The notes under the pieces are model-generated. The model was given only the letters and a program-made list of their open reading frames with translations, was not told the origin of the DNA and ran no database searches. Positions 8,984 to 19,148 of a stretch of DNA of 64,000 nucleotides are shown here, in pieces; position 1 is the first letter of the stretch; each line of letters begins with the position of its first letter. The position numbers and the translations under genes are program-made. The stretch comes from a virus: IMG/VR virus record IMGVR_UViG_3300014208_000028, positions 93,123 to 157,122 of that record; one strand, written 5' to 3'.

Positions 8984-9727
8984 CTAGGGAAGTACATCAC
9001 GTAAAGTATTAAGAGCTACATCCTGAATACTATTACTTTCAGTATGAACAGGAACTATACGGCCAAAGCTTAAACTAGCATTTTCCTGAATTATAATACC
9101 CTGCGGATCTATGCTTAAGTTATGGCTATGGACAACACAACGCTCAAGATAAATAGTGGCAATATGATCTAACTGACTAGTTCTGATTATTAACATTAAT
9201 CCAAAAGGATTCATGAATAAGTCAGAAGCTAAGTTTATAAACATATTTTTGGGGCCAGGACTTATAAATACATCATTTAAAGTTCCACTAGCCGCCGCTA
9301 CGCTATTAATTAAAGGCTTAATATCTATACGAGCATTAGTAGCATAATAAGCATAAAGTACTCGTAATAAGCTTAAACTAGAATATACAGCTTTAGAAAT
9401 GGTTATCTGTCCTACACTTTTACCACTAATTATATAGTCCCAACTTCCACCGATTTCGAATACGCGCATCTGCTGGCGATTCTGACCGATAGATAATCCT
9501 TGGCACATACCTATAGGATAAGCAGAACAAATCTGAGTACCATCACTATTAATAGTGGCCTCACTATTAAAGCTTCCACCACTCATACTTAACATCGGAG
9601 GTCCAGCCGCTAACAATACACTTTCTGAACCAGCAAAATTACCATCCTTCGCCCCCGGCTCTAAAGCGCGGTATAAGTGATGATCCCACTGGCTAATATC
9701 AATTGGTCTAGATATAGGTACGCCCAT
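8984..9727 (-). CDS. Tail tube protein
   Basis: Directly after sheath; PIG..Q..S..Q.R...R.FEIG pattern, YLERC.V..H.L tube-like strands. Confidence 0.75.
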   Translation of the reverse strand: MGVPISRPIDISQWDHHLYRALEPGAKDGNFAGSESVLLAAGPPMLSMSGGSFNSEATINSDGTQICSAYPIGMCQGLSIGQNRQQMRVFEIGGSWDYIISGKSVGQITISKAVYSSLSLLRVLYAYYATNARIDIKPLINSVAAASGTLNDVFISPGPKNMFINLASDLFMNPFGLMLIIRTSQLDHIATIYLERCVVHSHNLSIDPQGIIIQENASLSFGRIVPVHTESNSIQDVALNTLRDVLP

Positions 9728-9738
9728 ATTATTCTCCT

Positions 9739-11439
9739 TTAAACAACCAATGTAACTTTAATAGTATTAAGAGGATACAATGGAGTTATATTAATTTCTA
9801 CAAGTACGGTATCAGGAGCAGTAGTAGACTGAGCTAAATTAACTATCTCATATTTTCTAATAACTCCCGCATCTACTAAAGCAAGTAAATAACCATTTAC
9901 TGCCGGGGCAATAGTTCCAGATAAGAACGAATCAGTAATTACATTAATTCCTACTAAAGGAGTTAAAGCATTACGTAACGCTTTAGCCACATAGTCAATC
10001 TGTTTAACAATAGACAATTCAGAATACTCTGTAGTAGTTACATTAGTAGATAACTGTCTACGGCACATAACAGGACTATCGTCAGTATTTTTAAAGTAAA
10101 TATAACTTCCGCCGCCAGCAATTAAGTTTAAATTAGTCGGACTAAAATAATCTGTAGAATGCTGTAATCCTTCTACGCCAGCCAAAGGATAATTAGATAA
10201 CGGCTGCTGAGGAGGAAGCTCACCTATAGCTCCAGCAGTCATGCAGTTATTATAAAAACCAGGAAGTTCATATAAAATACCATTTATAGTTATCTCACAA
10301 ATATCGGGTACAGAATTATAGACTCTATAATTTCCATATCCTTCTCCAATAGCCGCCCAAGCAGTAGCTATATCAGTTTTAGAGGTTATAGCCGCACCCG
10401 GAGTAGCAATGGACCAAGCTAAAGAAGTAGTACCGCTTAAAGTGGCAGGTAATACATCAACCTTAGTTCCAGATATAGACTGAATAACATATTCAGTAGT
10501 ATCATTTACTATAGTTAAAACGTCATTAGCACTTACAGTAGTTAAATCACCAGAGGTTTCGAAAGTATTAGTATCGACTACACTTCCATAACTTCCAGAA
10601 GCCTGAACCTCATCCGCGAAATGATCAGGTATATCAGTACCGACAAAAGCTATACGTTCCATCTTCCCATTTAACGCGCTCATAGAATTTACGTGCGTGG
10701 GAAACTGAGCATTAATAGCCGCAGACATAGTTAAAGGAACCATAGCATATACATCAACCGATTCTAAAGCTTCTAAAGCACTAGCATAAGCTACACTAGT
10801 TCCATAAACTTCATCTCCAGTACTTGTATCGTGGACGCCCAAACAAAGTATACTAGTTGTAGTCGCATTAAGTTTAGCCATATAAGCGCCTAAAGCTAAT
10901 GGATTACGAGGATCTATAGTACCTAAATAGGTTTCTATATCGTCTACAGTCTCTATATAAATGCCTCTAGGAGTGCCTGTAATGCCCGTAACAGCCGGGG
11001 AACAGGTAACTGCGGTACGAAGGGCCTCATACTGATTATAGATGTTTACAATGACCCCACTTCCACTAGTTACTCCAGCCGCATTATCGTGTAATCTAAT
11101 ACTGGCCGGTAAATTAAATCCGTCTAATACTATGTCATAATCAGCAGTATCAACTAAATTTAAAGTACTAGAATTTCCATACTGAGTATAAATTTCAATA
11201 GTATCTGTATCTACTTTAGCCCCATCTTCTAAATCAGTAAAAGCTAATACAGTTTCACTACCATTAAAAGTTCCAGCTAAAGCATCACTATTGATATTTC
11301 CATCAGCATCTAAAACGTCTACTAACTGTTTACACGGTCCTATAATTGCCGCTAACAACCGAGGCAGTCGTATAACAGGATTATTAGTACTTCTAACCTG
11401 TTCTATCTGTACGCTCGGTGGATAAATATATCCCGACAT
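9739..11439 (-). CDS. Contractile tail sheath protein
   Basis: Y..P.V.IEQV N-terminus; C-terminal ELSIVKQIDYVAK.LR..L...VG.N.IT...PDTVLVEI.I.PLYPLN.I.VTL. Confidence 0.88.
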   Translation of the reverse strand: MSGYIYPPSVQIEQVRSTNNPVIRLPRLLAAIIGPCKQLVDVLDADGNINSDALAGTFNGSETVLAFTDLEDGAKVDTDTIEIYTQYGNSSTLNLVDTADYDIVLDGFNLPASIRLHDNAAGVTSGSGVIVNIYNQYEALRTAVTCSPAVTGITGTPRGIYIETVDDIETYLGTIDPRNPLALGAYMAKLNATTTSILCLGVHDTSTGDEVYGTSVAYASALEALESVDVYAMVPLTMSAAINAQFPTHVNSMSALNGKMERIAFVGTDIPDHFADEVQASGSYGSVVDTNTFETSGDLTTVSANDVLTIVNDTTEYVIQSISGTKVDVLPATLSGTTSLAWSIATPGAAITSKTDIATAWAAIGEGYGNYRVYNSVPDICEITINGILYELPGFYNNCMTAGAIGELPPQQPLSNYPLAGVEGLQHSTDYFSPTNLNLIAGGGSYIYFKNTDDSPVMCRRQLSTNVTTTEYSELSIVKQIDYVAKALRNALTPLVGINVITDSFLSGTIAPAVNGYLLALVDAGVIRKYEIVNLAQSTTAPDTVLVEINITPLYPLNTIKVTLVV

Positions 11440-11454
11440 ATTTTACTCTCCTTA

Positions 11455-12066
11455 TTAATTCCTATTTAACACTGGACCACCAGTGTATCCGCCAAAATCT
11501 TGTCTATTATTAAGCCCACTAATAACCTTACTTCCCGCATAGCCTACCCCAGTTACTGCTCCAGCGCCTAACATAGTATTACCATATAAAGGTAATCTAT
11601 TTTTTTGCCTAGTCATCCAATCTCCAGCAGTAACTTTACTTTTTCCGCCCATACCTTGTTTACCTGCTCCTATCCAATTACGATCTTTAATAGTATCTTT
11701 AAAATGTTCAGCTTTATTTTTATGGAAATTTAATCCTTTTTCTAAATGTTGTTTATACTCATCTAAAGTATTAAATTCTCGTACTTGTCCAGTAGCTTTA
11801 TTTGTCCTTTTTATAGGAACAAATTCTTTTCCTCTTAATCTATCCTGTTCCAAATTTTTTAATCTTTGCTCAAAAACATTACTTCCTTTAGAATGTACTC
11901 CCTCTCTAAATTTACCTATTTGAGTGGCAGTCTCTTTTAGTTTTCTGCCCGCCGCGCCGGAAGTATATAATTTTTTAAAGTTTTCAGCCACACCCATTAT
12001 ATCTTTAGCCACATTAGCTTCTTTAATTATATTAGCTAATTTTTCTATTTGATTAATTCTATTCAA
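11455..12066 (-). CDS. Leader-bearing basic protein with C-terminal Gly-rich hydrophobic segment
   Basis: TTG start, (M)NRINQIEKLA; LGAGAVTGVGYAG. Confidence 0.75.
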   Translation of the reverse strand: MNRINQIEKLANIIKEANVAKDIMGVAENFKKLYTSGAAGRKLKETATQIGKFREGVHSKGSNVFEQRLKNLEQDRLRGKEFVPIKRTNKATGQVREFNTLDEYKQHLEKGLNFHKNKAEHFKDTIKDRNWIGAGKQGMGGKSKVTAGDWMTRQKNRLPLYGNTMLGAGAVTGVGYAGSKVISGLNNRQDFGGYTGGPVLNRN

Positions 12067-12754
12067 TTATACCTTCTCTAATTTCTATAGCTCCTAAAGT
12101 ATGAGGAGGAATATTAATATTATTAGTTCTAGGATCTATTCCTGTACGCGCAACATAATTATCAAATTCTTCTGTAGTTTTCCACCTATTCTGCCATCTA
12201 TCGACCATATAAATTACACAACTTACTCTAGTATCTATTCTTTCTATTTTCGATTCCCCCGGCAAAATTTGCGCGGGTTCTGGAGGATCTATACGATAAT
12301 TTTTAATTGCCATTAAACCTCTACGTAATAGTTCTTCCTTATAATATTTTATACTTTGATATACTGTAGAAGCAAGAGTTTCTGAAATTATTACATCATT
12401 GGCGCGGCAAGTAAATATCATATTTACTGATAATATATCAGCATGTTTACTATTATCACCAGCAATATTATAACTACTCATACTATTATTTAAAAACATT
12501 TCAGCCGGGGCCATAGAAGAACGAGAAACTATAATTAATGGAATCTTACCAGTACTATCTGTATCTCTAGTCCAACTATCTCGTATAAGTACTTCAGTTA
12601 ATTGCTCATCTTTATTCCACCTAAAATTACCACTCGGAGCGCCAAAAAACATCTCCTGTAAAAAATCTAAAAATACTATTCTAGATAATATAGTAGGAGG
12701 ATATGAATTGTTTAAAATAGAAGTATTTAAATTTTTTAAGTTTGTATCTGACAT
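12059..12754 (-). CDS. Putative tail terminator/completion protein
   Basis: Position just upstream of sheath; alpha/beta pattern IPLIIVSR...NMIFTCRA...SE.LA..V. Confidence 0.5.
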   Translation of the reverse strand: MSDTNLKNLNTSILNNSYPPTILSRIVFLDFLQEMFFGAPSGNFRWNKDEQLTEVLIRDSWTRDTDSTGKIPLIIVSRSSMAPAEMFLNNSMSSYNIAGDNSKHADILSVNMIFTCRANDVIISETLASTVYQSIKYYKEELLRRGLMAIKNYRIDPPEPAQILPGESKIERIDTRVSCVIYMVDRWQNRWKTTEEFDNYVARTGIDPRTNNINIPPHTLGAIEIREGIIE

Positions 12755-13732
12755 TTAATTTACCCTTTCCCCACGCTTCCAGATATATCCGCCAGCAGGC
12801 TTATTTTTACCGTATGACTGACAAATAGCCTGACTAGTTATACCACAAGATTTAGCTCCAGCTTTTACACTATCATATTTCTTAATAAATTTTCCATCTA
12901 TTGAATACTGACTAACTGATATACTCCAATTCTTTTTATCAGGATTTATTCTCAATTTAAACAATCCTTCAACATCAATTTTATCTAATACTTTACCATC
13001 TACTAAGACATCTTCCTTATACTTAAAAATAAATCCGTGAGTAACTTTTCTACTATTATTACAAACTCTCCATACCATAGAATTATTTATCCCTAATTCC
13101 TTAGTAATATCATTCATCCTATCCCATTCTTTAATTAATATTCCATCTAGAGAGTATTGTATGATAGGGGTTACATATGTATTAGAGTTTTTATCTAATT
13201 TAGCTTTAGATAAATTATTTTTGTGTTCTTTTGAAAATTCTCTTCCTTTCAAAGAATTACTAATTTTTTTATTACGTTCTAAACTAAATTTTTTACCTTT
13301 TAACTTTTTTGATATAGCTTCTCTATGTTCTTTAGTAATTATCTTACCTCTATGCCTATCTCCTATCTTTTTTCGTGCCTCTTCTCCATATTTAATTCCT
13401 AAAGTAGTATGAGTCACTTCTTTAGCTATATTAAATAAAGGACGAATTTCACCTAATTTAAATATTTGATCCTGCTCTACTTGTAAACACTCTTCGGGAA
13501 TATCTAATATATTTAAAATATTAAATACTAAATGCTCTATGCCATACTTATTTACCCATCTTTGAAGATGTATATTGTGATGTTTATTTTTTTCTAGTTT
13601 ATCTATATGCTTTTTCCATCTCATCCAAAAATTTTCAAAAGTACTTCCTATATAAGCAGTTTCGTCTAAATCATTAGAAATCAAATAAACACCTTTCAAT
13701 TTTTTCTGTTCTTCTAGAATATTAAACTGCAT
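12755..13732 (-). CDS. Free-standing GIY-YIG homing endonuclease with NUMOD3 repeats and two NUMOD1/IENR1 domains
   Basis: GVYLISN...YIGST...RW..H; repeated K.S.E...KIS..LKG; two QYS.DG..IK....HTH units. Confidence 0.9.
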   Translation of the reverse strand: MQFNILEEQKKLKGVYLISNDLDETAYIGSTFENFWMRWKKHIDKLEKNKHHNIHLQRWVNKYGIEHLVFNILNILDIPEECLQVEQDQIFKLGEIRPLFNIAKEVTHTTLGIKYGEEARKKIGDRHRGKIITKEHREAISKKLKGKKFSLERNKKISNSLKGREFSKEHKNNLSKAKLDKNSNTYVTPIIQYSLDGILIKEWDRMNDITKELGINNSMVWRVCNNSRKVTHGFIFKYKEDVLVDGKVLDKIDVEGLFKLRINPDKKNWSISVSQYSIDGKFIKKYDSVKAGAKSCGITSQAICQSYGKNKPAGGYIWKRGERVN

Positions 13733-13748
13733 ACTTTCTCCTCTAAAA

Positions 13749-14261
13749 TCAATAATTTATGCCGGTCGGTAGAAAATACAAATATGCATAATCCGACCCT
13801 AAGCTACCTCTAACGTCGTTCATAAATAAGCTAACATTTTTAGCCGCTTTATAATTCCTTAATCTACTTTCAAATTCCTGTTGATACATACCTAGTAATG
13901 TCATATAACCTTGAAAAACATTTCCCTGATCGTCAACGCTTATATTTCCATCATTATATGCTAATCTATTTCTAGCTCTTAAAAATAATACACTTTTCAT
14001 AACTTGTATAGAAGCGCCTAAAACAAATATATATTTAGCTTCTGTAGGTACGGCTACCACATTAACATCTCCAGAAGCAGCTATAGTTAATGTACTTATT
14101 CCAAAGGGCGGTAATGAATTCCAAATATCACAAACTTGCTCCGCTGCGAGGTTTATACTTTCATCTAAACTTTCGACATCAGAAATTAATCTATTTAATT
14201 CCGCATGGTCGCGCATAAATAAACGAACTTCATAAATTAAATCTGTAACTCTATAAGCCAT
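13749..14261 (-). CDS. Putative head-tail adaptor/connector
   Basis: 170 aa helical protein in neck region; VRLF.RD, RNRL.YNDG.ISVDD. Confidence 0.55.
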   Translation of the reverse strand: MAYRVTDLIYEVRLFMRDHAELNRLISDVESLDESINLAAEQVCDIWNSLPPFGISTLTIAASGDVNVVAVPTEAKYIFVLGASIQVMKSVLFLRARNRLAYNDGNISVDDQGNVFQGYMTLLGMYQQEFESRLRNYKAAKNVSLFMNDVRGSLGSDYAYLYFLPTGINY

Positions 14262-14265
14262 TTAA

Positions 14266-14532
14266 TTAGCCCGCCTGACTAGTAATTCTATTTTGTAATT
14301 TATTCCCCATACGTTGTTCCATACCTTTAGGCGCTTTTCTTCTACTAAGTTCTCTAGCTGCTGCTTTAGCTTTTCGCATAGCTAATAAATGTTTAATATA
14401 CTCTATCCCACCTTCTAAACTATTATTGAAATATTTATGTTTAGGATTAAGGATTCTTTTTCCATTTTGGATAATTACTTTAGGTCCTCCCAAAGTAATA
14501 GCTAATTTTTCTAACTGTTCTATTCTACTCAT
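14266..14532 (-). CDS. Leader-bearing small basic protein
   Basis: MSRIEQLEKLA. Confidence 0.7.
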   Translation of the reverse strand: MSRIEQLEKLAITLGGPKVIIQNGKRILNPKHKYFNNSLEGGIEYIKHLLAMRKAKAAARELSRRKAPKGMEQRMGNKLQNRITSQAG

Positions 14533-14864
14533 TGACTACCGCCAACAACTTTTCCTCTACTCATAGCTCCTGCAAAAGTTTTACGCTCTTCAGGAGTAGC
14601 GGCTTTATGACTTAAACCATATACACTTTTTTTAGCATCACTAGCCGCCGCGCCAAAATGCTGTTCAACTTTTTTAGCTACTCCATGATTAGGATTACGT
14701 ACATACTGAGCTACTCCATTAACCATTTTTTTAATAAAAGGCGGTTCCGCACCTAATTTTAATAATTCAGCTAATTTCTCTATTTGAAAAGTGCGGCTAT
14801 TATTTATATTTTTAGAAGTAGATATAACTTCCGATAATTTTATTAATTGTTCTAATCTAGTCAT
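14529..14864 (-). CDS. Small basic protein with two leader copies
   Basis: MTRLEQLIKLS and internal RTFQIEKLA. Confidence 0.7.
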   Translation of the reverse strand: MTRLEQLIKLSEVISTSKNINNSRTFQIEKLAELLKLGAEPPFIKKMVNGVAQYVRNPNHGVAKKVEQHFGAAASDAKKSVYGLSHKAATPEERKTFAGAMSRGKVVGGSQ

Positions 14865-14873
14865 AATAACTCC

Positions 14874-15725
14874 TTATAATGGCATATCGTTCCATCTTTG
14901 TTCGTCATCGGTATAAATTTCATACATATTAGTTTTGGCCGGATATTTAGGATATGCGGTAATACTTATAGGTACTTTAAAGGCTATATCACTTCTATCT
15001 AATTGCCCTAAATTAAATTGCTGAGAAGTAGTAAATCCTAATTTAGTACTATAATTAACCGGCGTTAAAACTCTATATCGTTCATTATTTGGAATGACTA
15101 TTAAATCTCGCGGGCTAATAACAGGATAATTAGAAGTCCATCCACGCGCCATATTATTTTCTATATCTCCCATTGCTGTATTGGTTAAATCATTAGCCCC
15201 GCGAACTATATTCATTTTACATTTAATGCCGCGATTATATCCACCTGTAAATGTTATATCAAAACAGCTTTCACAATTATGTCTTATTTTTGCGCCTAAT
15301 TTAGCATCATAACACGAACAACGTACACCCTGTTTTTTAACTTGAAAAACTATTACATCCATTCCAACAAAATCTAATAATAAATTACTACGTCTAACTA
15401 TATCTAAAGATATAACATCAGGCAACAATTCTAATCCAGCAGGATCATATTCTACTTCTTCACCAGTTATAGTATTTACTGTTTTTAATTTATAGAAATA
15501 TTCGCGGTTTTTAGAAAGTAAATTTACTCTATGATCTCTAAAAAATAATCTAGTTATATCAAATCCTGTGGGAGTCATTAATTCCCAAGTACCCGCTTGG
15601 CCGCTAGATCTATAGATATATAATAAATAATTACTCACTTCTCCAACAACTTCTTCAGTATATTCCCATATAATATCTAAATGAGATATAGCAAAAGAAA
15701 GTATATGTATATTTTTAAGTAACAT
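14874..15725 (-). CDS. Putative neck/head-closure protein
   Basis: FN3-like N-terminus, CSC...C.SC...GGY motif, GWTSNYP...PRDLIV...RYRV. Confidence 0.5.
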   Translation of the reverse strand: MLLKNIHILSFAISHLDIIWEYTEEVVGEVSNYLLYIYRSSGQAGTWELMTPTGFDITRLFFRDHRVNLLSKNREYFYKLKTVNTITGEEVEYDPAGLELLPDVISLDIVRRSNLLLDFVGMDVIVFQVKKQGVRCSCYDAKLGAKIRHNCESCFDITFTGGYNRGIKCKMNIVRGANDLTNTAMGDIENNMARGWTSNYPVISPRDLIVIPNNERYRVLTPVNYSTKLGFTTSQQFNLGQLDRSDIAFKVPISITAYPKYPAKTNMYEIYTDDEQRWNDMPL

Positions 15726-15997
15726 TATTTAAGTTTTCTGTCTATAACTCTTCCGGCCTTAGTATGTAATTTAAGCATAGCTTTAAAATTTTCGGGAGTT
15801 ATTTTATACTCTCTACCTAATTGTTTTAAATCAGGACTAACATACTTAAGCTTATTAGCCAATTTTTCTATCTGACCTATCCTATTTACGCTTCCCTTTT
15901 TTATTATACTTTTCATCTGCCCCGCTAGATTTCTTCCCTTCTGCAACATTCCCATATAACTCCCCGTCCGTATTTTCGGAGGTAATAGACTGTTCAT
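15725..15997 (-). CDS. Leader-bearing small basic protein; the leader register begins at 15889 (GTA codon)
   Basis: VNRIGQIEKLA aligns with the M-N-R leader; 5' part of the track ORF overlaps the upstream gene. Confidence 0.5.
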   Translation of the reverse strand: MNSLLPPKIRTGSYMGMLQKGRNLAGQMKSIIKKGSVNRIGQIEKLANKLKYVSPDLKQLGREYKITPENFKAMLKLHTKAGRVIDRKLK

Positions 15998-16268
15998 TTA
16001 AATCCTCTCCAACTTTAGTCTCTATAATTATAAAATCTTTCTCTATATTTAAATTACTAGAAATAGTTTTAATCATAGGAGCTTCAATATTCTTTTCTAT
16101 TTTACGCTTTTTTAAATCTACATATTCTACACTAACTAATCCACACCTTTCTAAAGCTTTTATCGAGCCGGAATAAAGATTATCTTCTACTAAAATAGAT
16201 TTGCCTGGATCGATACATTCCTTAATAGCATTAATAGGGACATCAGTAATATTATAAATTCTATACAT
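15882..16268 (-). CDS. Hypothetical virion-region protein (128 aa)
   Basis: Coupled to 16268..16840 downstream of MCP. Confidence 0.65.
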   Translation of the reverse strand: MYRIYNITDVPINAIKECIDPGKSILVEDNLYSGSIKALERCGLVSVEYVDLKKRKIEKNIEAPMIKTISSNLNIEKDFIIIETKVGEDLNEQSITSENTDGELYGNVAEGKKSSGADEKYNKKGKRK

Positions 16269-16840
16269 TATTTTTTATCCTTTTTAGATTTTCTTTTCTT
16301 TAACTCTTTAACTTCCTCAGTTTTTTCAATTATAATTTCATTGTCTTTTGTGATAATCTTCTCTATCTCATCGTCTTTTACTTTATCAACTATAGTATTT
16401 AAAATATCCTCGCCCCTTTTAGCTAAAGTATCTACTACTTCTTTTATTATTTCAGGAGTAATAAGCTTTTCTATAGGTTTTTCTACTATAGGATTAACAA
16501 TATCCGGGCCGCTAGTAATTATTATAAAATCGTCATGCTCTTCTACTTTACTTACTTTACCGCTCTTACTTACTGTCTTATAGATAATAGGGGCATTAGG
16601 AACGGCGGCGTAGCTACTAGAATAACTAGCATCATCTACTACATCACATACTCCTAAGTCTACTAAATAATCTATATCAGATTTATATTTATCATCTATT
16701 TTATCAGTTCTATTAGGAGCTATTTTAACCCCGCCAATACGTAAAAATAATCCAGTCGTATATCCCTTTTTAATAAGAACGTCGAAATTCCTATTCAATT
16801 TATGTTTATCCAAAGTATTTCTTACATTATAAAATCCCAT
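16268..16840 (-). CDS. Hypothetical virion-region protein (190 aa)
   Basis: GAGG RBS, AT-rich promoter region after the MCP terminator. Confidence 0.7.
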   Translation of the reverse strand: MGFYNVRNTLDKHKLNRNFDVLIKKGYTTGLFLRIGGVKIAPNRTDKIDDKYKSDIDYLVDLGVCDVVDDASYSSSYAAVPNAPIIYKTVSKSGKVSKVEEHDDFIIITSGPDIVNPIVEKPIEKLITPEIIKEVVDTLAKRGEDILNTIVDKVKDDEIEKIITKDNEIIIEKTEEVKELKKRKSKKDKK

Positions 16841-16917
16841 GACTTACCTCACTTTTTTAGTTATTAAATATATTATACTATTTTCTTAATATAAAATATA
16901 GAGCATTCTATTTATTT

Positions 16918-16950
16918 AAAAAAAGGGGCTGGGGCAATTCCCCAACCCCG
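16918..16950 (-). terminator. Strong intrinsic terminator after MCP
   Basis: GGGGTTGGGG-AATTG-CCCCAGCCCC then T tract. Confidence 0.9.
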
Positions 16951-16971
16951 TTTTTCAGGTTTAAAAATAAG

Positions 16972-18015
16972 TTAGTAAATATTGATCGTGGGAGTCGGAG
17001 GCGGAACCTGATCAATAGTAACATCTCCATCCTTGGGCGGGATAGCGATGTCGGGCTTGAACAACTCTTCCTCAGTCGGCAGACTCTGAGTAGTGCCAGC
17101 ATAAAGCTCTAACTTCGCCATAGCGCGACCATTAGCAATCGACATACCAAGCATTTCCCAAGAACTCCAAGTAATCTTAGAGCGTTCCTTACGAACTTCA
17201 GCCTTCGGGAAGCCAGCTAAGAGGAGGAACAGGCCAACCCATTCAGGATCACAGAAGAGCCAGATATTACCAGACTTCAGAAGATTAGTTTTGGCGGTAC
17301 GAATTACCTTAAGACCAAAGATCTTATCAGCCTGAGCATTACCCCAAACCTGCTCACCTTTCCACTTATCGCCCATCTCTAAAGCGTTCCACTTCATAAG
17401 ACCGTTAAGGTCAACATCGTTAACGAGTAAGGTAGTACCCGCTCTACGATCTTCAGCTAAAGAATTCTTTATATGCTGAATGTCATCAACTTCGATATCG
17501 CCACTCGCAGTACCGGACAAGCAGTTAACGCCCTTCACAACCTTGCCAGTCTGAACCGCACAGGCTTCACACATAGTAAGGAAACGATGGTCTTCAACAG
17601 TGCCCATATCATTAATGGCATTTTTCTCAACGATCTTGGTCAGAGCTAAACGAGTAGCCATCAGTTCGTTCTCATGAATAGCAAATTCCTTAGTACCAAT
17701 CTGGAAGAAAGGAATCTCATATTTCTTGGGACGGACATACTGAGTCCAAGGTTCGCCAGTCCAAGCCATCGACATAGCCGAAGAATCAGGCTCCATTTCA
17801 TGAATGTATACTAACCCTTCATGACGAACGCTAACCTGACACTCCTGCGGAGTAATAGTATGGGTGCCTAAAATCTTACGCGCAAATACCGTATCACGAA
17901 TACGGTCACGAATATAACCAGTTAATTTAGCAGAAGCCTTTTTCTCAAAATCAGGCTCAGAATCCAGCTTACGCAGGAACATATTGTTTACAACAGACGG
18001 ATCGAAAGTACTCAT
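16972..18015 (-). CDS. Major capsid protein (HK97/encapsulin-like fold), 347 aa
   Basis: Position after protease-scaffold-decoration genes, GGAGG RBS, strong terminator, C-ending codon bias; IRD.IR...FARKIL, EIPFF.I motifs. Confidence 0.8.
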   Translation of the reverse strand: MSTFDPSVVNNMFLRKLDSEPDFEKKASAKLTGYIRDRIRDTVFARKILGTHTITPQECQVSVRHEGLVYIHEMEPDSSAMSMAWTGEPWTQYVRPKKYEIPFFQIGTKEFAIHENELMATRLALTKIVEKNAINDMGTVEDHRFLTMCEACAVQTGKVVKGVNCLSGTASGDIEVDDIQHIKNSLAEDRRAGTTLLVNDVDLNGLMKWNALEMGDKWKGEQVWGNAQADKIFGLKVIRTAKTNLLKSGNIWLFCDPEWVGLFLLLAGFPKAEVRKERSKITWSSWEMLGMSIANGRAMAKLELYAGTTQSLPTEEELFKPDIAIPPKDGDVTIDQVPPPTPTINIY

Positions 18016-18030
18016 TATAATATTTCCTCC

Positions 18031-18462
18031 TTACCCTAATAATATGCGTCTAAATTTTAAATTACCATTCGCATTCTCGGCAGGAGTTTCTAACAAAACC
18101 GCAACCTGAGTGCCGGTAGATACGTTGGTCAACTTACCATCGGCATCCACATACAGAGAATCTCCAATAGCGAAGGCAGGAGAAGGACTAGCGGAATACT
18201 GATCAGTCTCGGCCTCAAGCATACCGCCTATAATTAAAGTTACTTTACCCAACGCCTGAGTAGAAGGCTCGCCTTTACGACTCCAACAAGGAGCAGCCGC
18301 AGCACCAGTACCTAATTTAACTTTGCCAGAAGCGGCAGTATCTAAACAAAACCACATACCCTGCTCAAAACAATCGGCATCAGTCGGATCGACCTCTTCC
18401 GTATTGCTAACAGGATAGTCCCCAAACACCATTTTCTTAATATCAGTAAACGGACTTAACAT
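18031..18462 (-). CDS. Putative capsid decoration/cement protein
   Basis: 143 aa beta-rich, directly upstream of MCP, F.IGDSLYVDADGKLT motif. Confidence 0.6.
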   Translation of the reverse strand: MLSPFTDIKKMVFGDYPVSNTEEVDPTDADCFEQGMWFCLDTAASGKVKLGTGAAAAPCWSRKGEPSTQALGKVTLIIGGMLEAETDQYSASPSPAFAIGDSLYVDADGKLTNVSTGTQVAVLLETPAENANGNLKFRRILLG

Positions 18463-18474
18463 TATTTACTCCTT

Positions 18475-18810
18475 TTATCCATTCATTACCCAATCATCAA
18501 AAGCATGACCGGGATCTTTAAAATGTTTTCCACCAGCTTCAGTTCCCGCCCAATTTGAGGGGTCTGGCGAAGAGCCGACCATATCAGCCGCCTCTTTTAC
18601 TATATTTAAATCTTTATCGTTAGTAACCCATTCCTCAGAAGTAGAAAGAATATCCTCACTATTAAGTAATCCACGCTTAGAAAGATCTCTAGCTACCTTA
18701 ATAGCTTCGTCCTTTCTAGTATAAATACTTAATCTACTCTTTAAATCTTCATTCTCTTTAGCTAAGTTACGTAATGTATCCGCAGCTAATTTTAATAATT
18801 CCGCACTCAT
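18475..18810 (-). CDS. Putative scaffold/core protein (coiled coil)
   Basis: Helical, KLAA/KEAA motifs, head cluster. Confidence 0.55.
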   Translation of the reverse strand: MSAELLKLAADTLRNLAKENEDLKSRLSIYTRKDEAIKVARDLSKRGLLNSEDILSTSEEWVTNDKDLNIVKEAADMVGSSPDPSNWAGTEAGGKHFKDPGHAFDDWVMNG

Positions 18811-18812
18811 GT

Positions 18813-19115
18813 TTACTCCTCCACCGTCTTAGTAGAAAGTTTTTGGGTTATAGTTTTAACCAAACTTTCATCAGCGAGAATTTTGGATATTAAAGTATTC
18901 TTTAAAATATCCTCATTAGGTAACTCAGAGGCTACCTTCTCTTCTGACGGCTCATTTTCGTCAGTATCAGCTACCGACAGATCTTCGGCCAGCTTCTCAA
19001 GCTGACTTGCAAGCTTCTCTATATCAACAGTCGAATCTTCAGAGGCAGTCTTAGTTATTTCCTCAACTTCCTCTTTAGCTCCAACTTCGTTTCTAATTAA
19101 ATCAAAAAAATCCAT
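18813..19115 (-). CDS. Putative acidic scaffold/core protein
   Basis: Acidic; KTAS, KLAS, KLAE, KVAS motifs. Confidence 0.55.
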   Translation of the reverse strand: MDFFDLIRNEVGAKEEVEEITKTASEDSTVDIEKLASQLEKLAEDLSVADTDENEPSEEKVASELPNEDILKNTLISKILADESLVKTITQKLSTKTVEE

Positions 19116-19148
19116 ATTTTACTCCTTATAGTAAAATTGTATACTTAA

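Noticed and set aside
8984-11439. Bacterial contractile injection system or tailocin instead of a phage
   Set aside because: The same strand carries a capsid protein, scaffolds and prohead protease, and the window has phage-type RNAP, RNR and homing elements with no host housekeeping genes.
12740-13760. Group I intron around the GIY-YIG gene
   Set aside because: Flanking genes look complete, with only 0-16 nt gaps and no room for an intron core.
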